Positions 1 to 12,094 of a stretch of DNA of 64,000 nt are shown piece by piece. This DNA comes from Entomortierella parvispora E1425 (taxonomy: Eukaryota > Fungi > Mortierellomycota). Under the pieces are notes generated by a model. That model had not been told where the DNA came from. It ran no database searches and was given only the letters and a program-made list of their open reading frames with translations. The stretch is from NCBI GenBank assembly GCA_020891255.1, contig BQFW01000002.1, positions 310,001-374,000 on the forward strand. Direction: 5' to 3'. The position numbers were made by a program, and so were the translations under genes. Position 1 is the stretch's first letter, and each line of letters begins with the position of its first letter.

Positions 1-2003
1 GGACGAGACGGGCAAATGAGCCCATTGCGTGGAGAGCTTGTCCAGTTCGTCCAGCAACATGGCCACCTGGACCAACTTGACATCTCTGAAAAGTGGGTCC
101 CAGCAAAGGTGCGAGTTGGAAACTACCAATCTGTTTTTGGTTTCCTTGTGCTCCAGCAATGCAATCACCGAAATATTGTCCTTGGTCATGACACGATTGA
201 AAATGTCCTCTGTCTTTCTGAAATCCGGTCTCTGGAGTGCAAGGTGATTAAACTCGACAAGGTGCTTGTCAATCAAGGAGAACCTAGAAAAGTGAGGAAA
301 AGGAACAATATGATAAACACAGAAGGGTAAACAGCATGAGCAGTACACAAGAATCGAGGTGTATAGACTTCATGTAAAAAATAAAAAAAAAGAGTATGGC
401 GTGGATGTCAACTCATACTTGGATGCCTTGAAAAAGATCGCGCACCCATCCACCAGTCTTCGCTCCTTTTCAGGCATGGTTTTCGCTCGAGTCTTTGGAT
501 AAAAGACTCCTTCATAGTCCGCCTGGTGCTTCATTTGCTCCTTGAAGTAGTCTTCGAATTGACCCATCTCTACTTCCTATTAGGATATATTAGGATACAA
601 AAGAGACGATATCAGCAATCCCCCGAAAGTGTAGGTCGGTTCAGCCTTCTGGCCCCATACCTGGAGACAGACAATATCTGCACTGTACGCCAAGATTTCT
701 TGCAAGATGAGCTCCTTGCGGTAATCCCATGTCAGTGCCCAGGACGGCGTGTATCCATACATCTGGGGTGTCGCGTAACTCTCTGCAAGGATGTTGTAAC
801 TAAAGGTCGTAAACGTATCCTGTCCTGCCAAGGTTCCAGAGTCATCCTCGATCGTGATCCATTCTCTCTCTGGCGGAGGAAGTGGAACTACAATCAAAAG
901 AGAGAGAGAAAAACAGAAAAAAATGAGAAGACCATGTCAAACGTTGGTGCACCAGCTTTCACCATTGGTTCTTCTGCCTCCTTTTTCCACCTGCCGCCAT
1001 TCCACCTTTCCATTAATCGCACTCTTTGGACGCAAAATGTGGGCTCTGTCCAGGGCACGTTACCTGTGCAATTCTCACGCAGATAAACGATAACCGCCGT
1101 CGTTCCTTCCTGCTGCAGCAGGGTTTTGAGACTCTCGTTCAGCGGATTGCCCTCCAGTGCCAAGATTTCAAGCTGGAAGAGCGTGCCCAGCTCTGCGGGC
1201 AATGTCACCAATCCATTGTCCACCAACAGCAGCTCCTTCAGGTTCACCAGCATGCCCAGCTCGGGTGGGATCAGTGTCAGTTTGTTGCCAGACGCGTCCA
1301 GGACTGTCAGGTTTCGAAGATGACGGACCTCGGGCGACAGGTAATGCAGGTTGTTGTGATTGATGTACAGCGCCGTCAAGAACTCGTATCGGAACAGGCT
1401 CCCGCTGATGTTCTTGAGACCCATGCCACCCATATCCAGGGTGGTCCACTTTGGAGCATTCGGGCTAGAGGTCCCATTCTTGTCGGCACCTTCGCCAATC
1501 GTCGTGGTGGACCCAGTCTTTGACGAGGTGCCGCCGTTGGGGCTCATGATGCTCACTGCAGAGTTCATGCCCGTGCTCCTAGCCACAGCCGCTGCCGCCC
1601 GAGCCCGGAAGTGAGGTGTGGCGGATTGGCGAGAGAGATTCGCAGCATGGATCTGCTGTTGATAAGGGCCCGAGTCAGCTCCTAGTTGGGGTGTCAGCGA
1701 GGCCGGGATCGTTGCTGGGGAGGAGAGACCAGAGGGCTGACGGAGTTGGGGCTGATGGTGGTGTTGCTGTTGTAGGTGAGGGTGGGTCAGGGGCTGCTGC
1801 TGAAACTTTTGCGAGATCTGTCTGGAGTAGACGGGTATGGCGCCGTTGTTGTAGGAGGTGACGCCATGTTGTTGGTAGAGTGGATAGAGACCATTGGAGG
1901 CACCCCCGCCTAGGGACCCAGGCGAGGGCTGTGTGGGCGAGTAGAGAGGATTTCCGTTGGCCAGGGTCTGGTAGAGGAGAGGGTTGTAGTGCTGGTCAGA
2001 CAT
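1..2003 (-). CDS. CCR4: CCR4-NOT deadenylase subunit Ccr4 (LRR + EEP nuclease); 3' end runs off the window
   Basis: Exons 2003-1064, 887-661, 576-419, 283-<1, all GT-AG and in frame. Q/H-rich N-terminus, LRRs (LDMGGMGLKNIS...LTVLDASGNKL), then EEP motifs SYNILAESYA, DIVCLQEVE, DGCAIFFK and SNSHLCWDP. Confidence 0.95.
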
Positions 2004-2857
2004 GGTCCTTGGCTGGAGGCAGGCAACGAGGGAAGAAGGCGGAGGTGGAGGTGGAGGTGGAGCGGGAGGAAATGGGGTGGGGGTTCTTTCTTTGAGATGA
2101 GGATGCAGAGACGACGGGAGCGAGGGGAAGAGCGAAGTCTGAGCATGCGGTGCGCTTTCGAGAGAGAAGAGAGGACACAGTCAGACGCGTAGAGTGATTG
2201 CAAGGGGTTGAATGAGAGAGAGAGATAGACAGATGGACGTATGAATGGAAGGAAGGAAGGATGGAAGGATGAATGAATGAAGAAAAGAAGGAAAGAACTG
2301 AGAAGGTCGTGTGTGCGTGTCACTTTTGCTCGCTTGGACCCATGCACATACATACACACATGCACACACATCCATGGCATCCCACCCAAACGGAGGCGCA
2401 AGTCTGTCGGTCGTCCAAGCCAACGGGGGTCAGGTCACAGGGCAAGTGAGAAGAGCGTGGCTGTGTGGCGTTCTTGTGAGTGGCCGGTGGGTGGGTGGGT
2501 GGAGGTGAAAGCTGAAAGCTGGATCTCGTTGTCTCGTGTTGGTCCTGGCTGCCCTCTCGACTAACAGTACTTTCTTTCTTTCAGTCAGTCAGTCGCTCAG
2601 TCTATCTGTCAGTCTCGTCTTGACCTCTTGACCTCTTGACCTCTTGTCCTCCTTTGATGCTTTCCTTGTCCAAAAAGTCATTCTGTCTTTGTGTCACTTG
2701 TTGCGATAAAAGATAAAAGCGAAAAGAAGTGAACACGCACCCTTCCCTGCTTTTCCCTCCTTTTCCCTCCCTTGTCAGACAGTCGGACGGTCACAGACCA
2801 CCTCTTCTTCTCTTCTCTTTTCTTCTCTTCCTCTTCACCTCGACATCACTCCTCAGG

Positions 2858-3829
2858 ATGAACCCAGCACAGTCAAATGGTACAGGATCGAGCGACTTTG
2901 CTATGGACTGATGGACTCGCTTTCATTGGACATGGCATGCATGCATGCTGTCATTCATGTTGTAACTGATCACTCTGTCTTTTTTCTTTTATTTTTTTTC
3001 TTGTTTCATGGCATCCTTCAATGCATGCACATTAGACCTGCAGCATGTCGAGAAGCTGTGCGGGCGACTGCTTGGACAGCCTCAAGAGAATGTACAGCAG
3101 GCGATCGCAACCTTTGTCCAAGAGTTTGAGGTACTTGCACCTGATAATGTCGCCGTGTGGAAAAACAAGACTATTCCAGAGACTAACGATCGCCACTTTG
3201 TCATGCGATATGGGAGTAGACCAAAAGAGACTCTCTAGCCTCTACAAAAGCGACCCCGACAGCCATGCTCAAAGAGGCCCCCAACTGGCTGGAAGGCGCA
3301 AAGAAGCAGTTGGACGCCCACCTGGACAGCACTACCTCCAAAGGTACACAGTCAAACACAATGCATGTCTGATCGATCCGATCTATCAGGAAGAGGAGAA
3401 ACGTTCTTTGTTTCGTGATGTTCTCATCGGTCTTCTAACCCATCCACTCATTGTTGCATTGTGCACAGCAAACGCCACCCTCGAAAGTCTCAGGAGGCTG
3501 CAAGAGTCGATCGCACAGAGCAATCAGGTACGGATGGACAAAACAGCCAAAGAAGTTCTTCCCTTCCCCATCTTTTCCCTATGCTCAACTGCAATCAATG
3601 GCCATGCACTGGCGCTCTTTCTTCTTTGAGCTAATGACGCTGAAACCTGCGCTCAAATTGCATCGAGTAGAAGCAAAAGACCGCCAACCCTACACAGTTG
3701 GCCAAGGCGGCGTTCCAGGATGACATTGGCGAGGCCAAGGAGGCATTCGATCAGGAAATGCTTTTGCGACATGCCGATGTTGTCAAGCAATATGTGGGCG
3801 CGTTTGTACAGCAGATTGATCACTACTAG
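2858..3829 (+). CDS. BLOC1S5: BLOC-1 subunit 5 (Muted)-like coiled-coil protein, about 143-152 aa, 5 exons
   Basis: Exons 2858-2879, 3036-3130, 3220-3343, 3469-3527 and 3671 (or 3698)-3829 splice in frame; CTAAC branch site at about 3183. DLQHVEKLCGRLL...FVQEFETKR resembles the Muted N-terminal motif I recall (DLGEIHSRLL...FVKEFEEKR), followed by coiled-coil-like sequence. Confidence 0.7.
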
Positions 3830-4747
3830 AGTGTGAAAGGACGCGTGCCCCGTCCAAACAGCAAGCAACCCCCTTTCCAGCCTCCTCTCTGATACCCTGG
3901 CAAAAAGAGCAGAATCCACAGGCTGCCTCGATAGATAGAACATCGGTTGGCTCATGCCCCCTTGCTTATCTTCGCGTAGCTCTGTCGATCGACAAAAGAA
4001 AAGGCCATGTTTCGTAGCTTGATACACGCCAGAGTGAGCCCTGGTGTGGGTCATTTCGGGGGTGTTCCGTTGCCTGTTTCATTCCGGGGAGTAGCCCATG
4101 GTAGCAAAGGGTAGCAGACATCAAATTAAAGGCGATTTCACGTAAGACAAAGGAAAACAAAGACCCAGGCAGATTGCCAGACAGGAGCAGGGCAGAATGA
4201 CAGACAGATGGACCTACGCCCTGGACCCTGTTCCTGCCTGTACTGCACAGATAGCCCCTGCTCCTCTCTCTCCCCTTGAGCGCGCGCACGATGGTGTCTT
4301 TGTGGGATGAAACGCATTTGGATGACGGGACAGGACAGGGCAGGACAGGACAGGACAGGACTCTATCCTGACCGCCCGCGATGCAGATGTGCGATGGACC
4401 CCTAACCACAAGGCCGTTTTTGCTGTTCATAACAACAGCAAAGAAGAATAGCGCGCTCTTGCTCTCTTTCTTTAATTTTCGCTCAGTGTCTCTTTCCCTC
4501 TTTTCCTCCGTCCAAGTGCGCTCAATCATTCCCCCTCTTCTCTTTGTCTCTTCCTGACAACCCATCATCTCTCCCCCCCTGCCGTCTCCCTTCATCCCCT
4601 TCATCCCCTCATTCCTACCTCGCCCGCATCATCTCGCCTCAGTCCCCTTTGGTTCCATCCACACTTTGCCTCATTACCACAAACACGAAAAAAGAACGAG
4701 GGCCCCCTCCAGTCAACGCATTTCCGTCGTCTACTTTTCCTCTTACA

Positions 4748-6047
4748 ATGTCGTACTCCATGCGTCGCAAGAACCTTGGTAAGGAAGAAGAGACATGGAC
4801 GGCGTTGATACCTGTTGTATCCTGACAGCAGCACGAGTTCCAGCGGTGCCAGAGTCGTCATCGTCGCCTCCAGAGGACGCGCAACGGCACCCCTGGCACG
4901 CGTTGGTCAGAAAAGCAACTCAGCGAAACAACCTTCATGGCATTGGCAATGGCTGACAAGACTATTCTCTCTCCTCTCTTTCTCTCTCCCTCCTTGCCTC
5001 CTGTTCTTTCTCCTCTCTTGCGTTTCTGTCTATGTCATGGCCGTTGCGACATGTGCCTGCCACGTTGTTGGTGGGCCAACCTTTTCTTCGGAACTTTGGA
5101 AACCTCTCTTTTGGAAAACACTTGTTTTCACTGACCTTTGTCATTGTCTGGATGCACTCGGTGTGTTTGCCTGGGCCCTGTCTGTCGTGGATGTGGACTC
5201 TTTTCTCCTGGGTCTGGTTTGGTCTTGTCTTGTCTGACTTCTGGACGCCTTGCTCTCGCCTGGATGGCCTTCTCCACGCGCTTTCATCCATTCTGGACCT
5301 GACTCTTTGAAATGGGGCGGCTCACGGCTATTGGGTGACTTGCTGTCAATTGCTCTGAACAACTTAACCCAACTTCTTTTGGTTTATTTGAACGTTGGTC
5401 CATCGCTCTCGTCTCCCTCTGGACCCGCTAATTTGCTTTCTGGTTTCTACGATGATGCTTGAATATCACAAATTGTACACCCCGCCCATGTCATGACGAC
5501 GTCTTCGTCTTGCCTGTGTTCATCTACCGACATTGGGGTCACGCAATCGGACACAACCCCCTTTCAGTCTCGGAGCTGAACCTGATGGTTGCAGGATACA
5601 GTGGCCTGGGCAAGACCAGCTTCATCCGGACCCTATTTGGTACGTTGAAACTGCGATCAGGTCCCGGTTCGCTCAAAAACAAGGCCTCCGCCGCTCAGAT
5701 GGCGAGTGGCACCTCGACCCCCACCACGGAACCCACCTCACCCTCAGCTACGACTTCTGGAGGACTCGGCACAAAGGCGAACGGCACGAAGGACTCGGTC
5801 GGCTACGCCACAGGAGAATTGGAACGGACCCTGAACTCGTTCGAGGCCCTCTTTGAGATTGAAGAGTCGGCGGAAAAGATCAACCTGACTTTGGTCGATA
5901 CCCCTGGATTTTTGGGCTCGGATGAGGTGGTTGATGCCCATTGCGACGAGATCATTGCGTACCTCGAATACCAGTTTGACTTGACTCTTGCAGAGGTAAG
6001 GACAGAGAATGAGAGCGGGCGAAAAAAAGGAGACAGGGCATGGCATC

Positions 6048-6078
<31 letters not shown>

Positions 6079-7193
6079 GGTTGGAGCAGACAGAGAAAGG
6101 AAAAAGTTGCAGTGCATGCAATTTGTTTTTTTTACCATTCGCTTTGACCTTGTCATCTCATCAGCAACGGTGTTGTACCCCTGTGTAACCAATTCATTAG
6201 ACAATTCACTGACTATATTTCTGTTTTATCCCTCCATTTATCTCCTCCACACACTCACATGATATACCTACCTTTTTCAATATCAATTGACGAAAAAACC
6301 TAAACCCCTATTTCCAGGAGAGAAAAGTCCGAAGAAACCCCAAGGCGACCGATAACCAGATCCATGCCTGCCTCTACTTTATTGACCATTCGTCGACTCG
6401 CCCAGGATTGTCGGCAGCAGACATTCGGATTTTGCAGCGCTTGGGTACACGTGTGAACCTGATCCCCGTCCTGTCCAGGGCTGATACATTGACGCGGGCT
6501 CAGACAAAGAAGCTCAAGCAGGCGATTCTCAAGGACGCGGCTCTGCATCAGATTCAGTTTTTCCAATTCTTGAGCCCCAAATTGGCCAAGAAGCTGTTGC
6601 AGCAACAAGGAGGGACGGAGGATCATGAACAAAAGAAGAAGAGAAACAGCCGGCCCGGTCCTGGAGACGATGAGGAGGCAGAGGAGAATGGTGAGGGAGA
6701 GGAAGAGGAGGAAGAAGACGATGAGGATGAGGACGAGGACGAGTGGGATCCCGAGACGTTGGAGGAAAAGGCACATCTTCAGTCCCTGGCGCCCTTCACG
6801 GTCATTGCCAAGGAGGAGGATGTAGAAATCAAGGACAAACAGGGCAAGCCCGTTCAGGGACGCGAGTTCCCTTGGGGCGTTCTCAACTGCTTTGACAGCG
6901 ACCACTGTGATCTCTCCAGTCTCCGATCCGCCTTGTTGTCTTCGCACCGTCAGGAACTCAAGGAGATCACGTTTGGCTACTTTTACGAAAAGTACAGGAC
7001 TGAAAAGCTGTTGGCGAGGACCAAGTCTCAGCATCTGCAATTCCAGCAACAACAGCTCCAGAGCGCTGGATCCACGGCCTCGTTGAATAACAACAACAAG
7101 ACGGCATTGTTGAAGAACGGAGGTACACTCACGCCCAAGGAATCGATGTTAAGTGTCGGTTCGGGTTCCATCGTCGGACCTTGGGAAGAGTAG
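4748..7193 (+). CDS. Septin-family GTPase (atypical, no obvious C-terminal coiled coil)
   Basis: Exons 4748-4778, 5568-5995, 6318-7193. G1 GYSGLGKTS, G3 DTPG, IHACLYFID, G4-like SRAD, septin unique element GREFPWG...HCDL...YEKYRTEKL. Confidence 0.9.
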
Positions 7194-7585
7194 AAAGTTC
7201 CCCCCCCCCCCCTTTTTTTTTTTCTTTGCTCAGAGGGTTCCGGATAATCGACAGCAAAGGAAAAAAAACCTATATCTCTATGACTGGACTGCCCCCCAAG
7301 GATACCGTCCCATACATACACACACACACAATTCATCGACTCAACTCGACTGGAAATCAGGAATGAATCCCCCCACTTTATTTAATCGGAAACGAGGAAC
7401 CATAGAACAAAAAAAACGGAAACGCACACAAAAAAAAAAGAAAGAATTATTGAATATCAATACAAAATACCCCTCCAACCTCAACTTTCATCTCTATAAT
7501 CTCTTGCAATATGAAAAAAAAAAAACTCTGGTGACAGGACATGGAATGGATGCAAAAAGCTTTTATTATGATTCAATGTCGCACT

Positions 7586-10500
7586 TTAGTACGACTTGTA
7601 AATGTTCTTCATGTACCAATCGCCCTTGAAGACCTTGGCCTGACCGACAATCATGGTCATTCGCTCGATCAAAGGTCCTTGCTGCTTCAGACCCTTGGCG
7701 GCCCCATGCTTCTTGGCCATCTTTTGGTCCCTCTTGGCTTTAGCAGCCGCGCGATCATGACGTTTCCGTCTCGAGAACCTGTCCTCGCCAGGGGTCTTTC
7801 GCAACATCTTTTCACCCGTCCATTCATTGTACTCATAGACGTCGCCGACTTTGTTTGTGGTCAAAGTCTTGATGGGGACGCCACCCCCTTCCACGCCCCA
7901 CTTTTCATCCTCGTCCTCGTTATCGACCACAAACAGGTTCTCGTCATCATCATCATCCAAGGACTCTTCGCCCTCCTCATCAAAGACATCTTGGACTTCG
8001 ACCCAGGGTATCTCAGAGAATTCATCCGCAGCCGGTTCTTGGTACACGCCATCCTGGAGTTGGTTTTTCTTTTTTTGCTTCAACATCTCGGCCTTCACGG
8101 CCAGCGCCACAGCCCGGGCCTCGACTTGTTCCGAGACCGTCACCTTCATGGTTCCCATGTGACCTGACACGCGCAAGAACCTGTAACCAAGACGCTCGAC
8201 CGAGACCTTGGATTGGTAGCCGCCATTGCCTGGCGGCATGGCCACGGACAATGACGAAGACGAAGACGCGTCCGAGATGGTGCTTTGGGCCGAGAGATAA
8301 GAAGACCGGACACTGAGCGTGGACGAGTACAGGGGGTTCAAGAACGAAGACGGAGTCGACGGTATCGTGTACGATCCATTGGAGTCCTTTCCGCCGTTGC
8401 TGCTGTTGATGCTACCATGACCATTCTGCAAGGTCGAAGCAGAAGAGCAAGTGGGCCAAGGATCTCCTTCGAGGCGACCAATCATCTGGATACCAATCTT
8501 GTCCCTCCACCATCTCAACTCGGCCACATCCTCAATCACCGTCCATTGAACCAAAGCCGAGCGGTAGAACGAGGCTCCTCCATCGAGCTCCAGCTTTTGA
8601 AGTCGTTGATGGACCGTGACAAACAAATGCTGAAACTTGATTCCGGCTTGGTTGCCCTGTCGCTTGATCGGTAACGAGTTGTACGGGTTCGAAGTAGACG
8701 AAGCAGCGCTGGGCGTGGAAAGTGTCGCGGAACTAGGCGTAGGAGGCGTTGGCAAAGGATTGGGAAGCGAAGAGATCGAAGGAGGCGACGAGGAATAGTT
8801 CTCGGGGACCACTGTAGATGAAGGAGACGCGGGGTGACCTGGAGGCATTGGGAACGGCGAGGAAGAGGATTCAGACCAGGGTATTTCCATCGCACCAGAG
8901 GCTGAAGGGCGATTGCCGGACGAAGGTGTAGGGGTATAAAGTGAATCCTCTGTCGCGTTCACCGTCACGGTCAAAGACTTGTTCTTGTACTCTGCAGGGT
9001 TATAAGGCGTCACGATCGGCCGTGGGGTCTTGCCTCCAGGTGTACTTGGTGTCGTGGGCGATTTGATAGCGCTCACAGCCTTGGAAGCCAATCCTGTCAA
9101 TCCACGGGACTTGTTCTTCTTGACAGTAAAGTAGTCGGCACTGTCCGCAGCACCGCTCAAAGGCGTGGGTGTCGAATGAGCCTGGGATCCGTTCGTAGTA
9201 CTGACAGTAGAGTATTCGCTGTCACTGCCATAACTGGCAGCTTCTCTCGAGTGACCATTCGACTGTCCGTTGGAGGAAGAACCATAGAACCCAGGTGTAG
9301 CAACGGCAATGGATCGTTGGATCAACAACTTGGCGCCCAAGGTGAACCCACTGGCGGATTTAGCGAGAACTTTGTATTCTGGATACGTCAGCAGCGAGTG
9401 CCGGCCTAGCCTTGTGACAAACACTCGGCGGCCACCCCCCGAGGATGCTGTAGAGGACTGAGTGTTTCTACGGCGAGGACCTGGGGGCTTGCTATCATTC
9501 GAGCCAGTTGAGGTGGTCGACACCTGACCAGAGCTTGTCCGGCGAGCGCCACCATTGATGGGTGGCAAGGAGGCGGGGTTCTGGCCAGAGTTTCGAAGAG
9601 GCGAAAGCGCGTCCTGGGAGTTGTTGTCCAGATCAGGCTGACGATGTGCAGCCAAGGGATCCATAAACGTGTACTTTTTCGAAGCCTCGACAAAGTGCAG
9701 CTCATTGTCCTGCATTACATCAAACTTGAACTTGAGTCCGTTCCGGCTATAGATGTGGAGTTGACTCACGGCCTGCTTCTTGAACGGTTGCAAACCTGTT
9801 GATTCTACGGCAGACTCGGAGTCGGCATGATCAGAGCCATTCTTGCTAGAAGTTGGTACGGGGGCCGAAGAGTGACTGGATCCCTTTCGAGGGGTCGCTG
9901 TGGACATGGATGCTCGTCTTTCCAAGGCCTTGAGTTTCTTTTTGGAAATGAGATTCATTCCATCCGTTCGACCAGTCGCGTAAACTCCCCTCTTCTTTTC
10001 CAATGCGTCTCCATCCATGGCATCCTTCTCCCTGGACGTGTACTCGTTATCACTGTCGGGCTCATGCGGGGTCTGATCGGGTGCCTGAGAATAAATACTG
10101 CTGGCACGACTATGATCTAGGGGATGGTCCAGCAGACTGGCCCAGTCTTGTGTCTCCTTCAGACTATCGACCGCATCCAGGACATCCTGCAAGGACGAGT
10201 TCAGGTTCTGAAGACTCGTGTTGTTGTTTGACATGGACAGCAACGCCTCCAAGTTCTCATCTTCCTCCATGTCGGTGGAAGATGCCTTGCGTTGCTTTTT
10301 ACGTTTCTGCAACAGGAGTTGTCTCTTCAACTTTTGCGAGACCGAGACTGCATCAATCTGGTCCAGGATTGAAGAAGAGCCATAGGTTGGAGGCGAAGAC
10401 GAAGGCGAAGCGCTGATCTCTGCATCCAAAAGCGAGGACGAAATTCCCAGTGGGGACGAATCCTGGCGCTTGAACCGCTTGACCAACTTGAACAAGAAGA

Positions 10501-12094
10501 ATCCATTGGGTCCATCTTGCTCCAGATCCAGATGGAACTGTTCAAAGACTTGTTCCTTGGTCAGGATCTGGTGGGACTCGAGTCTTTGGTGCGTGATGCC
10601 GTCCTGATGCCAGAGCCATGGCGCGTTCTTGACCGGTCGAGGTTTACTAGAGTCTCGAGACAGTGACCTGACTAGCGAAAGGGAGCGTGAAGGTATAGAG
10701 GACAAAACTGGGGCATCGTTCCTGGACTTGATCTTCTTGTCTGAAGACAGAGAGGGCGGCGAAGGCAGGGGTTTGGAGGGTTCGTTAAAAGTGAGTTCCC
10801 GAGTATAGTCAGGCTCCTGAAGCTGCTTTTGAATGGGTTGCAGCTGGAGAGGTTCTGGAACATGCTGGCGCGTAGATTCCATGGGCGTTGACGCCTGCAA
10901 GTCCTTGGTCACAGACTCTGCAATGACGGGCGGAGACATTATCTCCAACTCCTCCATCGCCGCCACAACAATATCCTGACGCATTCCTTGTACCGATGCA
11001 ATGACTTGAGAAGCTTTGGACTCTTGCACAGAGGAAATGGCCACAGCCTCCGCCTCTTTAGTTGGTGCAGACTTTCCATGTTTTTCTTGCTCTATCTCCA
11101 AGGACAAGTCAAATGCCGAGAAGTCCGCTGGGAACATTGGCAGTACCATTTCGCGACTCTTCACTTCTACTGTAACTTCCTCAGTGGTCTCCAGAGTTTC
11201 TGATTCGGCTAGAGCAGATTGGACTAGCGCTTCAAATTCCAGGTCGTCCACAGGCGTTGCTTTTGCCTTTTTTTTATCTTGTCGAACCTCTTTTGATGCT
11301 TTGACATGTTGTGGTGAAGGAGGGGGCGAAGGCAAGGTCTCGCTGTTGTCATCCTTGATACCATGAGCCAGACTCGTCTGCAATGCCGCCGCCGTAAACG
11401 AGTCCTTGATATCCCGTATGCTTGGAGGAGATGACGGTGGGGATACTAGCGAGGAAGAATAATTTGTTCCAATGTAATCCAGAGGGCCTTTGGGGGCCTC
11501 CAGTGCGTTCAAGACCTCTGCTGAGAGAGGGACAGCTCTCTCCTTTCCTTTGGCAGATCGTTTGGCGCGTGCTGACGAGTTGGATGAAGATGAGGACTGC
11601 TTCCTATGGTGCCATGTAGAGGCTGACTCTGCGACAACTGATTCCTTGTGACCTTTGGAAGAGGACGCTATTGATGATGTAGCGACAGATGCCGAGGAGG
11701 AGGTTGCAGTGACAGAAACAGAGCTGTCCAAGGGTACTGAAGTCATTGCAAAAGGCGACGCGGCGGGCGCCAACGGACTTGGTGTCACTGGGTTGACCAC
11801 CATGGAGGTGGGTGTCACAGATGTCGTGAGCAATGGCGATTGAAATATGGGCGAGTGCAGACTGGGGATCAATCGGTCAGGAGACATGGGCGTTTGCGCC
11901 ACGACCATGGGCATGTTGTCGACACTGGTTGGGGGCATGGCCATGTAGATGAACGAGTTGGTCGCCTTCTTCAACGATCGAGCCCAGCCCTTGTTCTTGC
12001 CGCTGCTGCTCGTTTCCTTTGAGAATTGACTCGACGCATCCGAGACAGCGTTGTGGTCCGTGGTAGCCTTCTTTTCCGATTCCTTCTTTGCCAT
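7586..12094 (-). CDS. Hypothetical 1502-aa protein, single exon, S/T/P-rich with several globular-looking islands
   Basis: Uninterrupted 4.5-kb ORF with a good start context (aaacaccATGG) and no intron-like poly(T) tracts. No domain recognised. Confidence 0.85.
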   Translation of the reverse strand: MAKKESEKKATTDHNAVSDASSQFSKETSSSGKNKGWARSLKKATNSFIYMAMPPTSVDNMPMVVAQTPMSPDRLIPSLHSPIFQSPLLTTSVTPTSMVVNPVTPSPLAPAASPFAMTSVPLDSSVSVTATSSSASVATSSIASSSKGHKESVVAESASTWHHRKQSSSSSNSSARAKRSAKGKERAVPLSAEVLNALEAPKGPLDYIGTNYSSSLVSPPSSPPSIRDIKDSFTAAALQTSLAHGIKDDNSETLPSPPPSPQHVKASKEVRQDKKKAKATPVDDLEFEALVQSALAESETLETTEEVTVEVKSREMVLPMFPADFSAFDLSLEIEQEKHGKSAPTKEAEAVAISSVQESKASQVIASVQGMRQDIVVAAMEELEIMSPPVIAESVTKDLQASTPMESTRQHVPEPLQLQPIQKQLQEPDYTRELTFNEPSKPLPSPPSLSSDKKIKSRNDAPVLSSIPSRSLSLVRSLSRDSSKPRPVKNAPWLWHQDGITHQRLESHQILTKEQVFEQFHLDLEQDGPNGFFLFKLVKRFKRQDSSPLGISSSLLDAEISASPSSSPPTYGSSSILDQIDAVSVSQKLKRQLLLQKRKKQRKASSTDMEEDENLEALLSMSNNNTSLQNLNSSLQDVLDAVDSLKETQDWASLLDHPLDHSRASSIYSQAPDQTPHEPDSDNEYTSREKDAMDGDALEKKRGVYATGRTDGMNLISKKKLKALERRASMSTATPRKGSSHSSAPVPTSSKNGSDHADSESAVESTGLQPFKKQAVSQLHIYSRNGLKFKFDVMQDNELHFVEASKKYTFMDPLAAHRQPDLDNNSQDALSPLRNSGQNPASLPPINGGARRTSSGQVSTTSTGSNDSKPPGPRRRNTQSSTASSGGGRRVFVTRLGRHSLLTYPEYKVLAKSASGFTLGAKLLIQRSIAVATPGFYGSSSNGQSNGHSREAASYGSDSEYSTVSTTNGSQAHSTPTPLSGAADSADYFTVKKNKSRGLTGLASKAVSAIKSPTTPSTPGGKTPRPIVTPYNPAEYKNKSLTVTVNATEDSLYTPTPSSGNRPSASGAMEIPWSESSSSPFPMPPGHPASPSSTVVPENYSSSPPSISSLPNPLPTPPTPSSATLSTPSAASSTSNPYNSLPIKRQGNQAGIKFQHLFVTVHQRLQKLELDGGASFYRSALVQWTVIEDVAELRWWRDKIGIQMIGRLEGDPWPTCSSASTLQNGHGSINSSNGGKDSNGSYTIPSTPSSFLNPLYSSTLSVRSSYLSAQSTISDASSSSSLSVAMPPGNGGYQSKVSVERLGYRFLRVSGHMGTMKVTVSEQVEARAVALAVKAEMLKQKKKNQLQDGVYQEPAADEFSEIPWVEVQDVFDEEGEESLDDDDDENLFVVDNEDEDEKWGVEGGGVPIKTLTTNKVGDVYEYNEWTGEKMLRKTPGEDRFSRRKRHDRAAAKAKRDQKMAKKHGAAKGLKQQGPLIERMTMIVGQAKVFKGDWYMKNIYKSY

